Source: Spirochaetota bacterium (lineage in GTDB: Bacteria; Spirochaetota; Spirochaetia; Treponematales; UBA12059). Taken from it: DNA of 64,000 nt. The translations under genes were made by a program, and so were the position numbers. This document shows, piece after piece, positions 57,396 through 64,000 of this stretch. Position 1 is the first letter of the stretch; every line of letters begins with the position of its first letter. The DNA is taken from NCBI GenBank assembly GCA_026398615.1, contig JAPLSN010000042.1:215597-279596 (forward strand). Direction: 5' to 3'. The notes beneath the pieces were generated by a model. That model did not search any database. It saw only the letters and a list, made by a program, of their open reading frames with translations, and was not told the DNA's origin.

Positions 57396-57517
57396 GACTC
57401 TCTCTGTTTGTCTCCGATCTTCCTCGATGCATGCAGCAATGGCGCTTGATGGGAACGCTCTCCATTTCGCCGAAGGCGATCCGGAGAGAACGGCGGGTGA
57501 TCGGAGTCTTGGCGAAC

Positions 57518-57546
57518 AGCATACCGGAGAAAGCCATGTCTGTCAA
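57518..57546 (-). promoter_or_regulatory. Putative sigma-70 promoter of the kor operon (TTGACA-17-TATGCT)
   Basis: Minus strand: tacTTTGACAgacatggctttctccggTATGCTgttcgcc. It implies a leader of about 115 nt containing a nested hairpin at 57458-57488. Confidence 0.5.
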
Positions 57547-57653
57547 AGTAAAAAATGGACGATTCATGCGGACGAAGGTACCGACAACGCGGGGCGGTGA
57601 AGGTCATCGGATGAAAAACCGTTGTATCGGGCGGCAGGACCGGGGTTTTCCGG

Positions 57654-57682
57654 TTCACATGCCAGGATAAAACGACTATACT
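57654..57682 (+). promoter_or_regulatory. Putative sigma-70 promoter of the 5S carboxyltransferase gene (TTCACA-17-TATACT)
   Basis: cggTTCACAtgccaggataaaacgacTATACTcaagcc, 26 nt upstream of ATG 57708. Confidence 0.5.
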
Positions 57683-57707
57683 CAAGCCAGACCCCATGGA
57701 GGAAGTA

Positions 57708-59372
57708 ATGAAGAAAGAACTCAAGATCCGGGACCTGACCCTGCGCGACGGCCAACAATCGCAGTTCGCCACCAGGATGAACCAGTCTCAGGTCGATCGC
57801 GTGCTGCCATTCTACCGTACCGCCCATTTCTACGCCATGGAAGTATGGGGAGGCGCGGTTCCCGATTCCATCATGCGCTACCTGAACGAGAATCCGTGGT
57901 TCCGGCTCGAATCCATCAAGGACGGCATCGGCGGGGCTTCGAAACTGACCGCACTGTCCCGCGGCCGGAACCTGTTCGGCTACACGCCGTATCCGGAATC
58001 GGTCATCGAGGGTTTCTGCCGCAACGCCGTCAGGAGCGGCATCGATATCATGAGGATATTCGACGCGCTCAACGACGTCGACAACATGACCAGCTCCATG
58101 CGTTATGTAAAGGAAAACGGCGGCAAGGCCGACTGCGCGGTATGCTATACGGTCGACCCGAAATTCACCGTGGGGGAGCGCGTCGCCTCCTTTTTCAAGG
58201 GTAGGAAGCTGCCTGACCACCTCTTCACGATCAAGTATTTCGTCGGGAAGGCCAAGGAACTGGCCGCCCACGGCGCCGACATGATCACCATCAAGGACAT
58301 GGCGGGACTCATCGATCCGGGTACGAGCGGCCAGCTCATCAGGGCCCTCAAGGACGAGATTGACCTCCCGATCGATCTCCATACGCACTGCACGCCCGGG
58401 TTCGGCACCGCGAGCATACTCATGGCCGTCGTCAACGGCGTCGACATAGTCGACACGGTCGTGCTTTCCTTCTCAGGCGGCCCCGCTGCCCCGGCATTCG
58501 AGATCATACAGCTCTTCGCGGTCAAGCTCGGCATCGATACCGGCGTGGACCTTCCCGCCGTCGCTGCTATCGAGCGGGAACTCAAGGTAGCGCGCACGGA
58601 ACTCTCCAAGTACGACCAGTACAAGCGCCTGCCTCCTGCCTTCGACATCTGCAGACCCGAGCTGCCGCCCGCGATCGAACGCCTCTTCGACGATGCGATC
58701 GGCGCGGCGAAATCCGGCAAGGTGAACGAAGTCCTGGCGCTATGCCAGAAGATTGAGGCATGGTTCAACTACCCGGAACCCGATGAAATAGTGAGGGTGG
58801 CGCAGATCCCGGGCGGCATGTACACCAACATGATGTCCCAGCTCAAGGAAGCCAAGCTCGAACATCACCTCAAGGAAGTGCTCGCCATCGTCCCCGAAGT
58901 GCGCCTCGACGCAGGCGTACCGCCCCTCGTAACGCCGACCAGCCAGATCGTCGGCGTTCAGGCGGTCAACTGCATCATGGATAAGACGAACGGCAAGCCC
59001 TTCTACACGAACGTTTCGAAGAATTTCGTCGAACTCGTCAAGGGAACCTATGGACGCACGCCGTGGCCCGTCGATCCGGCTTTCCGGGAACGCATTTCGG
59101 GCGTCCGCGAAGAGACTCCGTACGACACTTCCCGATACGTCAAGCAGCCGAATCCGGAAATGCCGGAGCTCGGCGGGCGGAAGCTGGCCGAAAACGAAAA
59201 GGACGAACTGCTCCTCGAACTCTTTCCCAATGTCGCCGACAAGTTCCTCAAGGGCGTTCGCGAATCAGAGCGGGCGGCCGCGCTCACGTCCGCCCCTCCG
59301 GAGCCGGAACCCGAGCCTTCACGGTATCCCGACAGTTTTTGGGAAACGCTCTCGCTCGGGATGGAGTGCTGA
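57708..59372 (+). CDS. Carboxyltransferase 5S subunit / OadA-like (HMGL-like domain), lacking a biotinyl domain
   Basis: IRDLTLRDGQQS, YAMEVWGGA and HTHCTPG motifs. The C-terminus has no AMKM motif. The start is chosen at ATG 57708, 5 nt after GGAGG; ATG 57696 lacks an SD. Confidence 0.85.
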   Translation: MKKELKIRDLTLRDGQQSQFATRMNQSQVDRVLPFYRTAHFYAMEVWGGAVPDSIMRYLNENPWFRLESIKDGIGGASKLTALSRGRNLFGYTPYPESVIEGFCRNAVRSGIDIMRIFDALNDVDNMTSSMRYVKENGGKADCAVCYTVDPKFTVGERVASFFKGRKLPDHLFTIKYFVGKAKELAAHGADMITIKDMAGLIDPGTSGQLIRALKDEIDLPIDLHTHCTPGFGTASILMAVVNGVDIVDTVVLSFSGGPAAPAFEIIQLFAVKLGIDTGVDLPAVAAIERELKVARTELSKYDQYKRLPPAFDICRPELPPAIERLFDDAIGAAKSGKVNEVLALCQKIEAWFNYPEPDEIVRVAQIPGGMYTNMMSQLKEAKLEHHLKEVLAIVPEVRLDAGVPPLVTPTSQIVGVQAVNCIMDKTNGKPFYTNVSKNFVELVKGTYGRTPWPVDPAFRERISGVREETPYDTSRYVKQPNPEMPELGGRKLAENEKDELLLELFPNVADKFLKGVRESERAAALTSAPPEPEPEPSRYPDSFWETLSLGMEC

Positions 59373-59483
59373 TCGCTTTTCGTGCCAGGGAAAGGTCCGG
59401 ACGATCGCGGGCGGACCGTCCGGGGCCGCGATTGAAGTTCCGGACGCGCTTGCCATTTTCGACGAAGGAGATACACTGTAATC

Positions 59484-60254
59484 ATGGGCAATTCCGCCGT
59501 GCTGTTCGGGAAACGCGTGATACTGCTTTATCCGCCCCCGATCATCGACGAGATCATCGAAAACCTTTCCAACAGGGAATTCGAAACGTTCGTGACCCGC
59601 GATCACGTACGGCTTGCGGTTTTCCTCAGGAAAGACGACCGCTCGATCGTGTTCGTGAACATCGATGACGGCCTCAAGGAGCCGGAATGGGCGGACTGGA
59701 TCAAGGCGAGGATCGCCGAAAACCCCGCCGTGGAATACGGAATCCTGACGCTGAACGATTCGTCGACGCTGCCGGAGAAATACATCATGGAAGTCGGCAC
59801 GCGCTGCGGGTACGTGACTCTCAAGAACGGGGCGCTCAGGGCCTCCGAAACCCTGGTCAAGACCCTGGAGGCCAATGAAGCGAGGGGACAGCGCAAGTTC
59901 GTCAGGGCCGTCTGCCCGCCAGGGACCGCCAATTTCAACATCAACAATGCGGGTGATATGTTGCGCGGTCTGGTACTGGACATCAGTTCGGCAGGAATGG
60001 CCATACGCTTTGACGACAACAGGATTTTCAGGCCCGGATTGGTGCTTTCCGACCTCCAGCTGAACCTCAAGGGCAGTCGCCTGCCGCTCTCGGGCGTCGT
60101 GATGGGCGGTCGTTCCGATCCCGACAGGGGCGAGATAGTGCTTGTCATGTTCACGCCCTCGACGATGGACGAGGTGAAGCGTTCGAAGATCCGGAGTTTC
60201 ATACGCCGCCGTCTCCAGGAAGAATTCGAAGCCCGTCTCGTGACCATGACGTGA
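59484..60254 (+). CDS. PilZ-domain c-di-GMP receptor, PlzA-like two-domain architecture
   Basis: RxxxR (RGQRKFVR) and D/NxSxxG (DISSAGMA) motifs lie in the C-terminal half of a 256-aa protein that also has an N-terminal accessory domain. Confidence 0.7.
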   Translation: MGNSAVLFGKRVILLYPPPIIDEIIENLSNREFETFVTRDHVRLAVFLRKDDRSIVFVNIDDGLKEPEWADWIKARIAENPAVEYGILTLNDSSTLPEKYIMEVGTRCGYVTLKNGALRASETLVKTLEANEARGQRKFVRAVCPPGTANFNINNAGDMLRGLVLDISSAGMAIRFDDNRIFRPGLVLSDLQLNLKGSRLPLSGVVMGGRSDPDRGEIVLVMFTPSTMDEVKRSKIRSFIRRRLQEEFEARLVTMT

Positions 60255-60309
60255 ACGCTTTCCGCATGGCAAGCCTGGCCTGAACCTGACCTGGCACCGG
60301 AAGGCGACG

Positions 60310-61494
60310 TTACCGGAGTATCTCGACGCTCCGCCGTTCCCCGTCGATCCGAATCCGTGTTTTCCCGATGACGCCGCGGGCGGTACCATAGCCGGCGAGG
60401 AGTTCATCCAGTGAAAGGCGTTGTCCCGGGTACGCCGGGAAGAGGCTGGCCGTGAACGCCGCAGGGACTCCATGCGGCATTCCGTCAGAACCGAAGACGA
60501 GGGTTTCCCCGGGTACATACCCGGCTTCGTCGATGAGCATCCTGAACGGATCGTTGGCTGTGCAGAGCCGTTCCGCAAGCCGGTCAGCGTAATCGACGGA
60601 ATCGCTTGAGAAATTCGGCTGCATCGATAGTTTCACGCCGGCATCCCGGCAGCGGCGAGCCTGGTCCGGCGTGATGAACTGGACGTGCTCGAACCGGATT
60701 TCTCCATTGAATGAATCTCCCCGCATCGATTCAGCGACGCGAATGGCCTGCCAAACGGCCAGGTCGCCGATGGCATGGAACGAGAGAGCCTTGAAGGAAG
60801 CGGCGTCACGCGCACGCTCCAATAGTTCTCCGTCCGTATACGTCATGACTGGATTCCATGGGCCGATGAACCCTTCGGACAGCGCCGCGGTCCGGGCGCC
60901 GAGCGATCCGTCAAGGAAGAACTTGACGCCCCGCAGAGATGGCGCCGGGCCCAGGCTCGGCACCGTGTCGGATGCAGCCCACGCGGGCACGCGTTCCGCG
61001 TATGGAGAAGAAGAGATCAGGTCGAAGGCTTCCCGACAGGTGACCGTCATGTCTTCCACCGAACCGATGCCGAATTCCTTGACCGAGTCCATGAAGATAC
61101 CCAGTTTTTCGATGGTCAACCCGGCGAGCGCACCATAGAACGAAAAAAGCCGGGGCAGGTTGGCCTCGGACCAGACTCGGTCGAAACGCCGTTCGCCCAT
61201 ACCGGGGATAGCGGAGCCCAGGAACCCGAGGGCGGAATCCGAGAGCGCGAAACCGTGGAGGGAGAAGTTGATGACGAGCACGGGCGGCAGCGTCGCCAGG
61301 CATGAGGGCGTCAGTTCCAGCGAGTTGGACCGCAAGCCCCTGACGACGGTCAGATGGTCCCGTGGACAGCCTTCGAGGAAACGCCGAGCGGAGTCTGAGT
61401 CCATCCCGGAAAGGTCGGTGCAGCCGATGAGCGACGCATAAAGGCTCGTGTGGGAGTGGTTGTCATGGAGCAGCGGGATATCCAAGGTTTTCAT
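60310..61494 (-). CDS. Amidohydrolase-family metal-dependent hydrolase
   Basis: N-terminal HDNHSH metal-binding motif, SFHAIGD and VFGSDGMP blocks. Confidence 0.65.
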   Translation of the reverse strand: MKTLDIPLLHDNHSHTSLYASLIGCTDLSGMDSDSARRFLEGCPRDHLTVVRGLRSNSLELTPSCLATLPPVLVINFSLHGFALSDSALGFLGSAIPGMGERRFDRVWSEANLPRLFSFYGALAGLTIEKLGIFMDSVKEFGIGSVEDMTVTCREAFDLISSSPYAERVPAWAASDTVPSLGPAPSLRGVKFFLDGSLGARTAALSEGFIGPWNPVMTYTDGELLERARDAASFKALSFHAIGDLAVWQAIRVAESMRGDSFNGEIRFEHVQFITPDQARRCRDAGVKLSMQPNFSSDSVDYADRLAERLCTANDPFRMLIDEAGYVPGETLVFGSDGMPHGVPAAFTASLFPAYPGQRLSLDELLAGYGTARGVIGKTRIRIDGERRSVEILR

Positions 61495-61597
61495 TTCTTC
61501 TCCGCCGTGGACGGTTCACCGTGTTTTTACCATGAACGGGACAAAGGTGCCGGCCAGTTTCGTCTTCTGGCAGAGGATGGCGTCGCTCACCCCGATC

Positions 61598-61628
61598 TTG
61601 CCGGCGCCCCCCCCCTGAACTGTATAGC
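61598..61628 (+). promoter_or_regulatory. Putative promoter TTGCCG-19-TATAGC whose spacer contains the C9 tract
   Basis: cTTGCCGgcgCCCCCCCCCtgaactgTATAGCacgg, 50 nt upstream of ATG 61678. Hexamers were picked by eye. Confidence 0.35.
61607..61615. repeat. C9/G9 homopolymer in the divergent intergenic region
   Basis: Direct read: ggcgCCCCCCCCCtgaac. Confidence 0.95.
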
Positions 61629-61677
61629 ACGGCAACGATCTTTACGGAAAGATCCCGTCCGGCGTAGACTCGCCGAC

Positions 61678-62730
61678 ATGAAGACGATCGCGCTCCTCTC
61701 GATCCCCGTCGCGCTTTCCGTCGGACTCTTGGCGGCTTCGTGCGCGACGTTCTGGCTGCCCCGACAGGCCGTATCGCTCGCCGCCTTGCTCATCCGGGCC
61801 GTCCCGGTCACGAGGCTGGCATCAGTTTCCGGGCTCGATCCCGGGATCGAGAACCTCCTCGCCCGCGTCGATTCGATTCGCCGTTTTGCACGCGAAGAGC
61901 TCGGGCTGAGGGAAACGAAGAGCTATACCACCTTCATACAAACCGACCGTGAGTACGTGGTGCGCGTCGTATCGGCTTGCCCCGAGCTTTCGTTCGAGCG
62001 GAAATGCTGGAGCTATCCCATTCTCGGGAAGCTGCCATACAGGGGCTTCTTCGATGACGTGGATGCCCGTCGGGAGGCTCGTCGGCTTGCGGCACGGGGA
62101 TACGATGTCATTGCGCGGCCGACGACCGCCTTCAGCATGCTCGGCATGGTTCCCGACCCGCTTTTTTCCTTCATGACGGAATATGAAACGGGAGATCTCG
62201 CCGAGCTCGTCATTCACGAGCTGGTCCATGCGACGGTATTCGTCCGCGGCCAGTCCGGTTTCAACGAGGAACTTGCGACGTTCATCGGCCGCAAAGGTGC
62301 AGAACGCTACCTTTTGTCCGCAGGCGCCGCGCTGGCAGCGTACCGCAATGGCCTGAGCGACGCGGGACGCTTTTCCTCCTTCCTGCGCGAAACCGGGCGG
62401 GAGCTCGGCGAGGTTTATTCTTCGGGAGGTTCACGTGACGAGAAACTCGTCCGCAAGCGTTCGATCATCGCGCGCCGCGCCGCGGAGTACGTCGAACTTT
62501 CGCCTCCCTTCTCCGGGGGTGCCTATGCAAGTTTCGACATGGGTCGCGTCGACAACGCGTACATAGACCTGTACATGCTCTACGAAGGCGAACCGGGACT
62601 GTACCAACGATTCTTCGACAGATGCGCTGACGGAGACCTCGCCGCGTTCGTGCACTCTATCGCGGAATTGGCGAAAACCGGTGTGGACGTGAAGGTGGCG
62701 ATGAAAAAAATCCTCGAACGGGTTTTATAA
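61678..62730 (+). CDS. Lipoprotein zinc aminopeptidase (DUF2265-like, HExxH)
   Basis: Start MKTIALLSIPVALSVGLLAASC (lipobox) and the VIHELVHATVF motif. The tracked 5' extension from 61450 is rejected. Confidence 0.6.
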   Translation: MKTIALLSIPVALSVGLLAASCATFWLPRQAVSLAALLIRAVPVTRLASVSGLDPGIENLLARVDSIRRFAREELGLRETKSYTTFIQTDREYVVRVVSACPELSFERKCWSYPILGKLPYRGFFDDVDARREARRLAARGYDVIARPTTAFSMLGMVPDPLFSFMTEYETGDLAELVIHELVHATVFVRGQSGFNEELATFIGRKGAERYLLSAGAALAAYRNGLSDAGRFSSFLRETGRELGEVYSSGGSRDEKLVRKRSIIARRAAEYVELSPPFSGGAYASFDMGRVDNAYIDLYMLYEGEPGLYQRFFDRCADGDLAAFVHSIAELAKTGVDVKVAMKKILERVL

Positions 62731-62790
62731 GCAGGCCATACGGAGCAGCCTGCTTCATGTGTTTTCACTTGCCCATGACCGAAATTGCAT

Positions 62791-62827
62791 GGTAGTTTCC
62801 CGCTTCCGGCCTCATCAAAACAAGGAG
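62791..62827 (+). promoter_or_regulatory. Candidate preQ1-class-I-like riboswitch/leader upstream of yhhQ
   Basis: GGUAGUUUCCCGCUUCCGGCCUCAUCAAAACAAGGAG. The 3' tail AUCAAAACAAGG closely matches the known A-rich tail plus SD of preQ1-I aptamers (for example AACAAAACAAGG). The proposed P1 (GGUAG/CGGCC) is weak. Confidence 0.3.
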
Positions 62828-62835
62828 TCCTTCCA

Positions 62836-63567
62836 ATGGATCCACATGCACGCGCAGCAGAACCGTCACGGTTGCGTTATTTCGATTTCCTCATGGCGGC
62901 TTTCGTCGCAGTCCTCATCGTCAGCAATATCGCGTCTTCGGCCAAGATCATCGATTTCGGATTCTCCATCGCCGGAATCAGGATGGCCTTCGATGCAGGT
63001 ACCCTGCTTTTCCCCGCGAGCTACATATTCGGGGACATCCTGACGGAAGTCTACGGCTACAAGGCTTCGAGGCGGGTCATCTGGACGGGATTCGGCGCGC
63101 TCGTGGCGTCATCGCTCGTGTTCTGGGCGGTTCGCGTCCTGCCCGGGGAATCCAGCTGGGAAGGATACGCGGGGCAAGCCGCGTATGCAGCCATCCTCGG
63201 CGGCATGAGTTCAGGCGGCATCGCGCTCGCCAGCCTGCTTGGATACTGGTCGGGTGAGTTCGCGAATTCCTTCATCCTGGCGAAGATGAAGATCCTCACC
63301 AGGGGAAGGATGCTCTGGGCAAGGACCATCGGCAGCACCGTGATCGGCGAGGCGGTGGATACGGTTTTTTTCGTTCTCGTCGCGTCGCTGTTCGGCTTGT
63401 TCGGCTGGGGACTCTTCGTGACGCTCGTGGTCACGAACTACCTGTTCAAGTGCGGCGTCGAGGCTCTGATGACGCCGGTGACGTACCTCGCCGTCCGCTT
63501 CCTCAAGCGCGCCGAAGGCGTCGATCACTACGACGAGGACACGGATTTCAATCCTTTCCGTCGCTAG
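62836..63567 (+). CDS. yhhQ: Queuosine-precursor transporter, YhhQ/DUF165 family
   Basis: FPASYIFGDILTEVYGYKASRRVIWTGF and polytopic topology. ATG 62836 lies 8 nt after AAGGAG. Confidence 0.8.
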   Translation: MDPHARAAEPSRLRYFDFLMAAFVAVLIVSNIASSAKIIDFGFSIAGIRMAFDAGTLLFPASYIFGDILTEVYGYKASRRVIWTGFGALVASSLVFWAVRVLPGESSWEGYAGQAAYAAILGGMSSGGIALASLLGYWSGEFANSFILAKMKILTRGRMLWARTIGSTVIGEAVDTVFFVLVASLFGLFGWGLFVTLVVTNYLFKCGVEALMTPVTYLAVRFLKRAEGVDHYDEDTDFNPFRR

Positions 63568-64000
63568 CGGGCTGTTGAAAAAGGCCTGCAGCCTTTTCAA
63601 CACCGTGCCGGGAACCCGAAGCCCGTAGGGCTTCGAAAAGGTACGTGACGCAGTCGACCACCGCGACGACGTAGCGGCGATTCCGGTCCCCGAGCTCGTA
63701 CCGGAAGGGACCGGGGGTGGCACCCGTCGCACCACAAGAAGGACACGCCGAGTCCGAGTGCTTGCGGAAACACCCCCTGCTGACGAACAGGGGCGGCAAG
63801 AAGTTCCCGTCGACGGGAATGATGCCCCATGCGTCGAATCCCCACGACGTGATCTTTTCCTTGAGATCCGCGAGCGCCCTGCCTGAACCGCCCTTGCCGA
63901 GGACCTCGTCGGCTTCGACGTAGAAATACGCAAACGCCGACCCGCCGGAAGCGTTCGCCCATGCCGCGACCGCACGGGCATTGGCGCAATAGCCGAACAG
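63548..64000 (-). CDS. Hypothetical protein, 5' end outside window (possible GNAT-like fold)
   Basis: The frame is open from the window edge (LFGYCANARAVAAW...) to TGA at 63548. LGKGGSGRALADL weakly resembles the acetyl-CoA-binding motif of GNATs. The 3' end overlaps yhhQ by 20 nt. Confidence 0.4.
   Translation of the reverse strand: MFGYCANARAVAAWANASGGSAFAYFYVEADEVLGKGGSGRALADLKEKITSWGFDAWGIIPVDGNFLPPLFVSRGCFRKHSDSACPSCGATGATPGPFRYELGDRNRRYVVAVVDCVTYLFEALRASGSRHGVEKAAGLFQQPASDGKD
63574..63601. other. Hairpin just after the yhhQ stop and inside the 3' tail of the convergent ORF
   Basis: GTTGAAAAAGGC-ctgca-GCCTTTTCAAC (one bulged A), with no flanking T-run. Confidence 0.4.

Noticed and set aside
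57431-57670. 79-aa ORF in the kor/5S divergent intergenic region
   Set aside because: It has no SD, its composition is basic and low in complexity, and it spans both predicted promoters. It is most likely non-coding.

Overview
GC-rich, gene-dense chromosomal window with about 60 CDS, few intergenic gaps and many 4-8 nt start/stop overlaps. No rRNA, tRNA, CRISPR array, transposase or integrase was recognised. All protein calls come from reading the supplied translations against remembered family motifs; no homology search was run.

The source is probably a spirochete (inference). Supporting signs are a cytidylate kinase-ribosomal protein S1 fusion, a PlzA-like PilZ protein, a short FtsY and many lipobox proteins.

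Gene content by region:
- 1839-21990, minus strand, housekeeping block: CHASE2 adenylate cyclase, sigma-54 activator, cmk-rpsA, rluB, scpBA, folK, recA, lolCDE, ftsY, and prfB with its classic +1 frameshift.
- 23475-36255, minus strand super-operon: galM, cmk-like kinase, yicC, murC, GH57, and a divergent rnfCDGEAB cluster preceded by an unknown membrane protein.
- 36358-45749, plus strand block: rluA-family synthase, hflKC, a HAMP adenylate cyclase, and four uncharacterised exported proteins or lipoproteins.
- 45798-48203, minus strand: an 801-aa coiled-coil membrane protein.
- 48406-59372, succinate/propionate module: 12S carboxyltransferase, OadG-like protein, 1.3S biotin carrier, epimerase, MeaB, split methylmalonyl-CoA mutase, korDABC and a 5S carboxyltransferase.
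- 59484-64000, small accessory end: PilZ protein, amidohydrolase, lipoprotein aminopeptidase, yhhQ, and a partial gene.

Observations most worth follow-up:
1. An orphan Cas2-like gene lies next to three consecutive 23-nt palindromic hairpins, between two apparently leaderless divergent promoters.
2. An adenylate cyclase is followed by alternating PEGA-like/beta-rich proteins and lipoproteins.
3. Two 9-nt G/C homopolymers each sit at a lipoprotein gene, one in the 5' coding region and one in a promoter spacer.
4. A possible preQ1-type leader precedes yhhQ.
5. The carboxyltransferase gene set is ambiguous between a transcarboxylase and a Na+-pumping decarboxylase that lacks its pump subunit.
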